A program made the translations under genes and the position numbers. This document shows, in pieces, positions 24,800 through 37,286 of a DNA stretch of 64,000 nucleotides (position 1 is the stretch's first letter; each line of letters begins with the position of its first letter). The DNA is taken from positions 31,988 through 95,987 of the forward strand of contig MU271241.1 in assembly GCA_021432655.1 (NCBI GenBank), in the 5' to 3' direction. The DNA is from Atractiella rhizophila (lineage: Eukaryota). The notes under the pieces were generated by a model. It searched no databases, was not told the DNA's origin, and saw only the letters and a list, made by a program, of their open reading frames with translations.

Positions 24800-27700
24800 A
24801 TGGAGTCACGCGACTCCACTCAGCCGTCAAGCACGATAAGCCAGTCCAGCGTGGGCTCACAGGTGCAGTCTCAGTTGGGACATGGGCACCCTGCAGCTCC
24901 TTCCGATGCGAGCACCTTCACATCTCCCAATGCTGGAGAGGCTAGAGAACCAGCTATGAGCCCACATACTTCGCCAAAGGCCGTTAGAAATTCAGGGAGG
25001 GGAGAGGAGGATTACTTCTCGGATTCAGGTCAGAACACAGTTAAGTCCAAGTCCGGAGCGTCGACTGGAACGGGAGGGGCGAGACCAGGTGCGATCTCAT
25101 TCGCTCAACCACCTTCGAAAGGAGGTGCAGGTGTGAAGGGAAGGGGAGCGTAGGTGCCGCTTCTGCGACGAGTGGGAACGCGCCAGGAGGGAGTAAGGGA
25201 AAGGGACGAAGCGGATCACGACCGCCTGTTAAACGCTCCACTAGCAATAGACCGGTTCAGGTTGGAGTCGGTGGGTTTGCGAGGAGGGGTCCGATGAGTG
25301 ATGACGAAGATGAAGAGACTGAGGCTATCAACGCGAGTGATTTTGAGGGAGCGGTGGAGGTAGATGAAGACGATGAAGTGGAGCGAGTAGATAGAGGCGA
25401 AGAACTTGTAAGGAAGCGGATGAGACAGAGAGCCAAGGCCAAGAAGGTATTCTCTTCCTTACTCGCTGTTGCGAAGTTGCTGAGCAGGTGTGGGACGGAG
25501 CAGGAAGCAGAACGCAAAGCGAACCTTACCCGCCGGCTCTCTCGCCAGATCTCCAATGCACAACTAGGCACCTCTCCTGTACCTCCTCAGCCCGTGCCGC
25601 CACTCCCACTCCCTCCAGATGATGTGCACTCCCGCGGAGCATCATTGGAGCCCGAATCTCGCGCCCCACGCTCTCGAATGCATTCGTTTTCCTCCAGCAC
25701 TCCATCCGATGGCGTGCTCTCAGAGGACGAGACCGAAACCGTCAATCCGTTCCTCACGCCAAATCTCACGCCGAGGTCTTTGGGTGTCCCACCGATGCCT
25801 AGTGAGAGTGCGATACACGCCGAAGCCCTGCGAACGCCCATGAGCCCTGGAGGGAGGAGCTACGTCAGTTCGTCCACTGCTACGGGGAGAGGAGGGAGGG
25901 AGAGAGAGCCTAGCCTTGTTGCGCACTCTGTTTCCGCTCATGAAGACGAAGGAGAGGGAGACGACGGGCCTCATTCCGATGGCGGAGCGCGTGGGGAAGA
26001 GCATGACGAGGAGGAGGCATATGATGGCGATGTGGAGGACGATGGTGATGTCGAGTATACGTTGAAGGACAGGCAGGACGCCATCAACATTGAGCATCCT
26101 TTTGGATTGAGGATCTGGAAACCCGCTCTGTACAAGAAGTCTCGATCCGTCACTCGCAATGCAGAGACCGCTCTTCACGTAGTTCCCAGCGCCACCGAAC
26201 AGTCTTCGTTTCACTTGGGAAATATTCTTTGGACCCTTCTCTTCGGTTGGTGGCTCGCTCTCGCTTTTGTCATCCTCTCTGGCCTCCTGTGGCTCGTACC
26301 CTTTGGTGGAGAGAAGTATGGACGAGTGGTCTTTGAGCTTGCCGGATACCTTTTCTGGCCTTTTGGGAAGTACGTTGAGGGATTCGATGATGCGTTACCA
26401 AAGAATAGAAGGGCAGAGGGAGAGGGAGAGTGGGATGATATCCCTGAGGAGGGTGAAGAGGAGGACGAAGAAGATGAAGGAGAAAGGGACGTCGAATACG
26501 ATGGAAGGACATATGGACGTAGGGCTGGTAGTGAACTTCGCAGGAGCACTGGGAGCGGGACTGGAACGCTCAGACCTGCAGCGGAGGGACAGAGCTTGCT
26601 ACAGACCGCTGCGGGAGGGAATGGGGCTGGCTATGGAAGCTTTCCTGAGAACGGGAAGCGCCTGCCTAGTTCCAGTGGTAGTGAGGAGACGATAATGGGG
26701 AAAGGCAATGTGGTCGATACCGATTCTTCTTCGACGCACACTCGTAGCGGTTTCCGGGTTCGAGCGTTAGGCAGGCTCATGTACTGGACAATATTTTATA
26801 TCTTCATCGCGCCACTCATGATCCTCGTCTGCGGCATCTGCTGGGCACTCGTTTTCTCTATCCCTATGGCGAAACTCATGTGGGAACTCGTCTGTCTTCT
26901 CGCCGTCGAACCGCTCGCTCTCCACTTCCGCTCCCCTCCCAAGTTTTACTCTCATAGAGAGGCGAAAGAACCCACGTCTGTGGGATCGTCTGGTGTCGAA
27001 GGCTCCAAATTTCTGCCTGCTCTCACACCTGGACAGAGGGCACCGAGGCATTCGAGGAAGACGTACGCCGCCTCTCGGGCTGCTGGAAGGTTGCATGGAC
27101 CCAACAGTACCGTTTTGCTTTGCACTTATCGCGCCGTTGGGTTGCAGTATTACAAATACACCATCGACGGTGTCAACATCATGTTCATCCTCCTCCTTCC
27201 CTTGGTCTTCTTTGTTATTTTTGACGACTGGTTCATCCGTGAATACCTTCTCGAACACCCCAAACATGCAAAAGGATTCTTGGCCATCCTTACCTCCCAA
27301 GCAACAATCTTCATACTCGCTCTCCTCTCCGTCATCCCACTTTCCTATTTCATCGGAATGGCCGTCGCATCTATATCTGCTCAATCTTCTATCGGAATGG
27401 GAGCCGTGATCAATGCGACTTTCGGATCTTTGATCGAGATTCTCTTGTACGCCATAGCATTGATTGATGGAAAGGCGGCATTGGTGGAGGGTTCGATTGT
27501 TGGCAGTTTGCTCGCTGGTGTGCTGTTGATGCCTGGATTCAGTATGATTGGAGGGGCATTCAGGAGGAAGGAGCAGAAGTTCAACGCAAAGAGTGCTGGT
27601 GTCACGAGCACCATGTTGATTATGGCTATCATTGGGACCCTTACACCTACTCTCTTTTACGAAATTTACGGCACGGTGAGTATTCTTCGCGCTTCCTTTC

Positions 27701-29208
27701 TCTTTGTGATAGGTAAACTAATATCCGTGAAATTAGTTTCAATTAGTCTGCGAAGGATGTCCTCCAGGCGCAAATGGTCAGTGGCAATGCAAGCGATGCC
27801 ACTACGAGCACCTTGAACCTGCCGACGATCCCTTTTATCAAAACACGGTTAGGAAGCTTTCATACTATTGTGCAATCCTCCTTGTGCTCGTAAATGCTTT
27901 CTCCTTCCCCAACCGGAGCAATGCTTATTATTTGCCATGCTTTAGTCGTACCTCACAGGGTTGTGGTTCTCATTGAAGACGCACGCTTCTCAGATCTGGC
28001 AGAACGTCCAAGCGCCTGCCGAACATGTCCCTCCATCCAACATCCCAACTGCTAACAGTAACCGCATGTCCATCTATAAGCGCGTCGTTGCCCAGAATCC
28101 GGCAACCGACTTCCTCAAAAACATACTCGTCGCAAACAACAACCCAGGCGAAAATCGAAATAGTCAGGGAACATCTGGTCATCGCGCGTCCATCGCCCCA
28201 CAAAGCCAACGCACGAGCGGAGGTCAGGTCTCCGTTCCCATCACGATTCCTGAAGAAAGCATCCCGGAGGGAATGACCTCAGCTCAAATGTCGCAAGCTT
28301 TGGAAGTCGTTGCTTCAACGATAATCCAACACCCAGAGTTGGCTCAGCATCGCAGAGATCCCTCTATTTCCAGACCTCCACAAGCCATCTCCGTGCACGC
28401 TGAGGAGCACGATGAAGGTGGCCATGGAGGACATGACGCACCCAACTGGAGCAGGACGAAGAGCGCCAGCGTCCTTATGGGCTGCACCGTCCTTTACGCT
28501 ATTATTGCTGGTGCGTTGCTTTTCCCTGTCTGCTGTCTGCCTGGATCGTTTATCGTGCTGTGAATGAACAGAGATTCTGGTTGACTGTGTTGACGTTGTA
28601 CTGGAGGATGCTGCCATCCCTGAGAAGTTCTTGGGTATCACTCTGTTCGCCTTGGTGCCCAACACCACGGAGTTCATGAATGCCATCTCCTTTGCGTTGC
28701 ATGGAAACATCGCCTTGAGTATGGAAATCGGATCGGCTTATGCCTTGCGTTCGTCCTTTCCTCTCCATTTCTTGAGCAGACTCACTGATGGGATACCTAC
28801 AGAGGTTTGCTTGCTCCAGATTCCCGCCATGCTTGCCTTTTCTGCTTTCTATTGGGCTGGGAAGGACCTGCCTGTCATGGCACGCAACGTCTTCACGTGC
28901 GTCGTCGTCTCGTTTAGAGATCAAGAAGGCTGACAGCTTGGATAGGCTTGTGTTCCCTCGGTGGGACATGATCGCAATCATTTTCTCCGTCTTCCTTTTC
29001 ACATATGTTATGGTCGAAGCTCGCGCTAATTACTATCGCGGAACGATCCTGGTTCTCAGGTACTATTTCCTTCACTTCAAGTGTTCTATGCTAACCTTGT
29101 TACAGTTATCTCGTACTCATGGGCGGCTTCTTTTGGGCTCCCGCGAATGCTTCTGAGCTCTCCTACCTTGTCCAGTCGAGGGTCCAATCCTTCTTGAACG
29201 TTTTCTAA
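24800..29208 (+). CDS. VNX1: Type II CAX cation/H+ antiporter (Vnx1-like) with YccF-like region
   Basis: YTLKDRQDAINIEHPFGLRIWKPALYKKSRSV, YYKYTIDGVNI, GAVINATFGSLIE, GSIVGSLLAGVLLMPG, GGHDAPNWSR, LVPNTTEFMNAISFA. Confidence 0.93.
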
Positions 29209-30047
29209 ACAATCATCAATCATTCGCCATTCCATAAGTAACTCACGTATTCACGAAACGTCACGACAATTAATGGACCTGCAAAGCATGGACTATTTAT
29301 CCCTTCTCATTTCACATTTCATTTCCTCATTTCTCTTGATCAACCGATCAGTTTATAATAATTTCTGTTTGACTCTACTTATCGATTCTCAGTATGTACT
29401 CAGCATTCCTGATCTCTTAGACTCTGGCTGTGTTCTCGCTTTGAGTATGATGATAGATGAAATTGCAGCCTTGTTCTTCTGTGCATTTGCTGGCGAGCTG
29501 CTGAAGTAAGATCGATATCAAGCCTTCTCTCCAGTATCTACTACTTGAAGTTGCACAGCAAAGAATGTGGTACATTGGTTCCTTAGCATTGGGAATGGAT
29601 GTGTTATTATCAACTTGCTAATTGGTTGATTTTCGACAAATACTTTCCATCTTCGTTCAGAATCACACCACAGAAACTTAGACGCTCGTTTGTGGCTCTT
29701 TTGCCTAAAGAATTAATCTACACTGTTCTTCGCACGGCGTCCACTGCCAGGGGGATGTAGTCTTACACTTACCTTCACACGTCGTGACTGTGCCTGCAAC
29801 CTCTTGGCGTACCCAAAAATAATCCAACTACGCTTTGTTGACGTTGAGACAGTGAAATGAAAATCCCAATCGACGCTCGAGTTGTCTGATGTCATCACTG
29901 CTGCAAACTATAAAATCAGTCAGTCCCCTTCACTTTCTCACGTACCGTCTTGCCCTGTTCATATATCCCTCCAGCATTTTCTTCGGCGCACCCTCTTCGC
30001 GCACTCCCAAGTGACGAACTTGAACGACTGCAATCACGACTTGAACG

Positions 30048-31326
30048 ATGTCACGCTTCAGCCGCAAGAATCCGCAGGACGCAGGCTTTCAGCAAGAGAA
30101 TTCTCCAACGCGGGAAGGAGCGTATGGGACACGATACACCTTCAGGGAATGGGCAGGAGATCATTGGCTCGACATCATAACTCTCGCACTCTTGGGAGCG
30201 GTCGGCCTGGGTGTCTACTTCGCAGATCCAGCACCGTCGAGGAGTTTTGCGATCGAGTTTAGGGATGGGGAAATCGTCGACCCCGAATTCGCTTTCCCTT
30301 TGCGCCATGAAATCGTGCCCATCTGGCTGGCTGCCCTTCTGGCTTTGTGAGCTGCTCTCGCTTATCATGCACCTCTGCTCACCTTTGCCTCGCGACTACA
30401 GTATCATTCCATTCCTCTTCTTCGTCATTGCTCAGATCCGTGTGAGGAGCTTCGAGGACCTCAATACAGCGACCTTTGGGCTGCTCTACTCTCTTGTCAC
30501 CGCCGCGGTGTTTCAGGTCTTCTTGAAGTGGCTCATTGGAGGATTGAGGTAAGAAACTTGGTACCTCCATCCTCTTGTCCTCGCTGAAATGTTCTGCGCT
30601 ACAGGCCACACTTCCTCGCAGTCTGTCAACCCGACATGAACAGAATCATAGATCAGGCTGGAGACTTACTCGGAAACGGGTATGCGCGCCTGTATTTCCA
30701 GCGAGATATCTGCACCGGGGACCAAAATCAGATCAACGACTCCCTCGAATCCTTCCCTTCAGGACATTCGACAGCTGCCTGGGCCGGATTCGTCTTCCTC
30801 AGCCTGTTAGTTTTTCTCTTTCTGCTTTCATTTCCTGAACCCAGTTGCAGGTACTTCAACGGCAAGCTCAAGACCTTCGCCGACTATCGTCCTCATTATT
30901 GGAAGATGGTCTTCTTCTTTGCCCCTCTTCTCGGTGCTTGTCTCATCAGTGGAGCATTAACGATCGACAAATACCAGTTCGTCTTCTCCCTCCTTTCCAG
31001 CGCAGATATTGACGTGCGACTGAAACAGCCACGCGCACGACGTGATCGCAGGAGCGTTCATAGGGACGGCCACAGCTTTCGCTTCTTACCGTATGAGCTA
31101 CGCTTCGGTCTGGGACTTCAGATTCAACCATCTCCCCCTCTCTCGAAGAGTTCGATACCCTTATGAACTCCAGAGCTGGCAGCGTATTGGACCCTTCACT
31201 AGAAGCGCTGGATGGAACCTCGCTGGTGGCTCTGGTATAGCAGGAGCACCGTTTGATACCATTAAGATGGGCGGAGGGACGACTGTTGGGAGTGGTGCCC
31301 ATGGGCCACGCGCTAACCCCGTTTGA
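30048..31326 (+). CDS. PAP2-family lipid phosphate phosphatase (Dpp1/Lpp1-like)
   Basis: KWLIGGLR|PHF, SFPSGHS, a third-domain His segment (HDVIAG) and multiple TM helices. Confidence 0.95.
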
Positions 31327-31768
31327 AAGGACGACTTAATTTTCTCCTACTTCGAAAGTTTCGTTGTATATTTTCAAGTCCAAGGCGTAAATTTCAGTGA
31401 AGGGATAACCTCTGCAAATTTGTCCATAATTCGTTTCATGTATTGCAAACATAAGCAGTAGCAGTATACTATAACGAAGAATCGGCTGAGAAGTGAATTG
31501 ATCACTCATGTAGACGGAACAGGAAGACCGAATCAAAACAACACGATACACAATCAATCAATCAACCAGAAAGAGTGTAAGGACACAGAACATGAACGTT
31601 ATCCACAGATGACTCTTTAGAGAACGAATCAAAGAAATCCGAAGACGTAGTGCTCAATTCTTTCAGTTACAGGAACCTAAACATTTAATTCATTAAAGAG
31701 CACGGAGGGTGGCCAGTTTGAACCATGAAGAACGAAGTCAATATCAATAAAATCAAGTAGAATATATC

Positions 31769-34700
31769 TCATGCGCTGGAGGGAGCAGGCGGTGGCGGCA
31801 GTTTATCGCTCCCAAGAGGAGCGAAGGTCGAGGGTGAGGTCCAGACAGAAGATCCCGTCTGTGGTCGTCCAGCATAGGGGTCCCAACCGCTAGTGACTGG
31901 AGTTGGGGGGAAAGCCGACGGCGAAACCGACGAGAACAACGGCTTAGGATGAGCCAACGGTGGAAGCATGGGACCATGACTGTGAGGTTGCGAAGAGATC
32001 GGTTGGGAGACGGAAGGTGGCTGAGACATCGAAGCAGACGAGTAGTACGGCGCATAATGAGGACTGGCAGACGAGGGTTGAAGGGGATAAGACGTTGACG
32101 AAGGGGCTGGTGATCCATACGCTGGTGAGGCTCGGGAATAAGACGACCGTGAGCTCGATATCGGGGGAAGAGTCGTCGAGGATGCCTGAGTAAAAGGGGG
32201 ATACGAATCGTTCCTTCGATCCCACATGGTGCTCGAATTCGCTCTTGAAAAGCGGTAATCGTCATTCAGAAACAACAAAGAGTCTGGCATGGCTGGGAAC
32301 GTTGGAAGCGTAGAACTTTTCTGTCCAGAACTTGGCGTAGGAGCACAGGCAGCAGTCTTTGGTGACGTCGGCGTTTCTTGCGGTGGCGACGGTTCCTGCA
32401 TACCCTGATTCCCGAACCAATCGGTGTCCTTTGGCAAAGAACTGGCTGGCTCATCATTCAGCAATGAATGAATCTTCGAACTTCTGATTGGAGGGCAAGG
32501 AGCAGGCTCTTCTTGTTTCATTGAAACAGGAGCAGGAACAACGGAGTAGCCATGAGGAGGAGGAGGAGGAACATCGTAGGAGTGCACGAGATTTGGCGGA
32601 GGCCGCAGAGCTGGTGAAGTGGGACTAGGCAAGGCGAAATGTGCTGGCCGCGGTAATGATCTCACCTACTCAAGAGTCAGCCAATACAAATTGAAGATAT
32701 GTAGGACGTGCATCATAAGGCGGCATTGAAGGTAATGTGACAGCAACAGATTCCGCCTTATGTCCTTTGGCGTTGAGCTCCGTCGACGATGGGCCGCGCT
32801 CTGTGAGAACGTCATGATCCCAATCCATGCGTATCAAGCATACTTACCTCTATTGAACATGTTCCGACATTGCTGAGCAGTCTTCGTTCCGATCGAGGCG
32901 GCAATCCTCTCGAAGTCTTCCCCATATTTGAGCAGCCCGTCATGATAATCTTCCTTCTCTTTCAACGACCAATACGAAGAAACGCGTTTAGAACCCGAGG
33001 GCGTTGACGACTGCGCGCCGCTCTTGACAGGAGTATTGAGAGCGTCCTTTGAAGCGACTTCATCTTCAGCTCTGGGTCGCTTTCGACTCCGATTGTTGAC
33101 GGAAGGCGGAATAACAGATGGTACAGGGGGAAGATGGAGCGTGAAGGTATTGGCTGCAGCTTCCTCTGGTGCTCCTGCATTCCAATTGTGCAAGGTAGGA
33201 CCAGGTAGATTGACTTCGGCAGTTGAAGAAAGGGTCGAATTACTTGCATCAGGGCGAGGAATCTTCCTCGAGCGATTTCCGTTACGAACACGACCGGAAC
33301 GACGAGCTTGGGATAGGTTAGGAGTAGAAGGGTCTTCAAGTTCATCAACATTCTCATCCGCCGTAATCGGGGTCCCCGCATCAGGTGCTTGCATTGTAGG
33401 CGTTGACTGAGGTAATGGCGACATGGCCTGATCATCCTCATCATCACTACCTTTGCGACGTTTGAGGTTGGCCAACATCTTCCCTCTTGGTTTAGAGGGT
33501 CCCAAACGAGAGCCTCTCTTGCCTCCATTCCCTTTCTTCCCCTTCTTCGCCAGTTCCCTCCACTTGAAAATGCTCTTCTTCTGGTAATAAAATCGAATGA
33601 CATCCTCAATCGACCTGCCAGGGAGAAGTTCAGCTATCTTCCCAAAGTTCTTTGTATGACGCTGGAACGCCTGATAGAACGTCGTGCACTCCTCTTCTGT
33701 CCATTCCACCCTCGCGGTTTCGTTCTGATAGAAAGTAACAGGGTCGGCAACGAACGTGTGCGTGTCGACTAGGTTGTCAGGTCTATCGAACTTGGGCAGG
33801 AGCATGTCAGGGGGTTCGATGTGAGACTTGTGGCCTCTGAGCGTGGGATCTTTGTCGTCGTTGGTCATAATCCAGTCGTAAGCGTTCGTCATCTCTGCTT
33901 CGGGGACATAGTCGCTCCGAGGGATGGCGGTATTGCTTCGAGTCAGCCTTCGTGGTGTCTCTCCTAATCGGTTGCTGGCATCGATGACAGGGGTCTCAGG
34001 CAACGACTTCTCAGCGCTATTCTGAGTCCGCGAGAAGTCGATCTGGGTTCGATGTTCAGCCCAGGCGAGATTATAAGTCCAATAGCGCTGAAGGAGATCC
34101 TCGTATTTCTGTTTTCTTTCCACTTCTCTTGTATGAATGACCTGCATGAGGTTGTCGAAAGATGACTTATTGACGTCGCGTTCGTAGTAAGCGGGATTAA
34201 TCTCAAGTGCCAGGAGATCTGGTTCCCGAGACGCTGCAAGTGCCTTGCTCTGGGAAAGAACACGTTCGACAATCTCTTCTGTCGCGTCGGTTCGTAGGAG
34301 GTAAGGTGTAAGGATTTCCAGGAGGGAAGGCTTTGATGGACCATTGAAACTAGCGTCTTGAGTCTCTTGGGACTCCTCTCGTCCGGGAGAGGACAGGGAG
34401 TGTGGTGGTTCCACAAGAGTGGGTGGGTCGACATCCATTATCAGCTCGTTCTCCAGATCCTCAGGTTGTGCTTCAACCTCTGATATCGACACTTCTTGAT
34501 CCCTCAGGCCAACTAGAGCGGGCTGCGGAGTCTCCAGCTCATCAACCTCCTCCTCTACGGCTACCTCAGTCTTCTCTTCCAGTGGAACATCCACCTCTCC
34601 ATGCCTTTCAAACACCGGACCTGCTTGAATCTCCACATCTTGCTCCATTCTGACGTCTTTGGAAACAGTTGCTTCATCCGTTTCGTCGTCGACAGCTACA

Positions 34701-36392
34701 TCCATCGCCGCCTCAACCGGCAAATCCACGAAAACGTAAGACCCTTCCCGCTTTAACTGGATGTCACCCTCATGCAGACTTCTCTCGTATTTGTAGTCTC
34801 TCTCAAGCGCTGGGGATGATGCAACGCTCTGCGGTTCACACGCCAGATTGTCCTCGACCTCGAAATGCAGGTCGAAAGATTGTCGTCTTGATCCTTCTCC
34901 TTCCACCGAGGGCGGACGAGCGCTCGACGATGTAGGGGTGGAGCTGCGTGGGCGTACTGAAAGTGTAACGGGAGACTGGCGACTTGAAGAGGAAGAGGAA
35001 GGGCTACGAGTACGGCGCGGTTGTGCGGTTGACGGTGAATAATTAGGTTTCGGTGAGATGATGCTAAAGGATGAAGGAAGCATCGGGGGATGGAACGGTG
35101 GGGGGTAGGCAGATGTGGGGGAGATAGGTACTGTTAGAACGGGTGGTAGCGACGGAGGACGTGATGTGAGACTTGAAAGAGAATGGGACGGCTCATCTGG
35201 AGGAGGGAGAGAACGGCGGAGAGGTTGAGCGGAGATCACTAGACCATTAATCACAGACGGGTTCTCGGAAGTGGTTAAAGGGAGTGAAGCAAAACGCTCC
35301 TTGCGCTCGGGAACAGGGGGCGGCGTCTTGGGACTTGGTGGTCGCGAACGGGTGTCCCACTCCCCATTTCCCTCGCTAGGAGCCGCATACGACGATTCCT
35401 CTCCCATGCCAGAGACTGAAGGCTCCCGTTTGACAACAGGGATGTCAAGTTGGTTCCCATCAGCTTCAGATAGCGCAACTTCGCCTTCCTCCTGTGGAGA
35501 TGTCCGTCGAACGGGAGGTGAGGAACGTTCAACTTGTTTTCCAAAGCGTGAAGAGCGAGGAGAGCTAGTAGAGGGCGAGATGTGACCTGAGGTGGAGCGA
35601 GATGGCAGAGAGAGTACAGGTTTTGGTGGTAGGCTTGCAAGTCCTGATAAGACTGAGGGATCGGATATGCTAAGGTCTTCTATCAGCATCAAGATAGATT
35701 CGGGGTAAGTGACGAGCATACCGAGTAAGAAGAGTCGGAACAGGATGCAGAAACTCTCTGCTACTCTTCCTTGAATGTCCAGAGGATGAATGAACGCTCC
35801 ATCCTCGTTTCTTCCTCGCAGGCGACTGCTCATCCAATGGCGGCGCACTTCGCTTCCTTGGGTTCCTCCTCTCAGTCTCTCTCTCCCTCTCTCTCCCTTC
35901 CCGTGCGTCCGATCTCGTCAATCCGTTGTCTCCCCATTTGCTACTGCCGCCTAGACGAAGTGAGTTGGAATGATGTGGTGGGCGGGAGTCGTGTACTGGG
36001 TAAGATCTTGGAGGAGATCGGGAACGCCTCGGTGGTGGCGAAAGCCGTCGACGCTGCGAATCTCTCCTTGTGTCGGGGCGATAATAGCTGCCAGCGAGAT
36101 TTGACGTCGAAGTCGATGGTCCGGCATCGGGGACATCTGGCACGGGACGGTATGTGGGACGATAGGAAGAGCCGAATGCCACTCTCTCTTGATCCTCTCT
36201 TCGGAATTTCCCTCCTTCACTGGGTGGCGGGGAGCGTCGAAAACTGTTGCCAAAAAAGAAGGAATGAGCATCCAAACTTTAATTCGCCATCTCCGACCCC
36301 AGCCAAAAAACAAAGGCAAACACGTACCTCCTGCTTCTGTCCCCTCGAAACTCGTTCAGCTCTTCTCTCCCCAAATGTCTCCCATATTCCAT
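31769..36392 (-). CDS. Tandem SANT-domain protein, Snt1/N-CoR-like
   Basis: SANT1 WTEEECTTFYQAF...KNFGKIAELLPGRSIEDVIRFYYQKK; SANT2 SSYWSLKEK...YGEDFERIAASIGTKTAQQCRN; first exon MEYGRHL from 36392. Confidence 0.88.
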
Positions 36393-37286
36393 AACTGACT
36401 AGTAGCCTTCAATCCCTGTAATCGCTCGAACTCAAGTATGGACGGACGGATAAGGCGAAGACGTTCGATTGAGCAAATTGACGAAAGTGTAGACGAGCTT
36501 TGTTTAAACTATTCGATATAAATGACATATAGAAGTCGTGGAGTCGTCTGAGAGTCAAAGGGGACTCTTAGCTGTTGATCTTAGGGAGAGAAAGTGAAGA
36601 TTCGTTGTTTTTTGGTGGGAGTGATGGTGGTTTGAAGCTAACCCTCTCCCCCGCAGTAACGACGGCTCCGAGATTTCGCCACTGTCAGCGTCCGAGATTT
36701 GTCCGAGGGGCTCCAAAACTGTGGATAAGTCACTGTTCTGCATTTTGATGCACACAATGAGCTGAGCTTCACTTTCAATCAACCAGCGCAGGAGAACGCC
36801 ATATCATCCAAATGGAGGTGCTGAGATAACTTCCAGGAATGAAGTCTGACAGGGAGAAGAGGATGTCTTGGGGATTCAAGGCTCTTATGGTGACTGAAGA
36901 TTGCTTTCAGCATGGCCAAGTATACTCCGTTTAACTCATCCATATTCGTGGAAAGCATGTGTGGGGTTGGAGGTCGAGGTATAGAGTTGAAGGTGGATTT
37001 TCCGAATGACTTTGGGCATCTTGACAGCTTGCAGAACTGAATTGTCGCCTTCAAGTTGAATTCTTCGTTCAATAATCCCTTTTTGCAACAGGTTGGCGTT
37101 TTGTATTCGTCTTTCACACTTCGGGTCTGAAGGACGGAAGAACGAAAGCTTGGGCCTTCGTCTGGCCGATTGTTCTGAGCTCCAACCTCAGGCTCTTGAG
37201 GAGGGGCTAAATCTGAGAGAATGTTATCCTCCAAATATTGATTCATTACCATCCTATGTAAAAGAACGACAAATAACCTGTCGTAT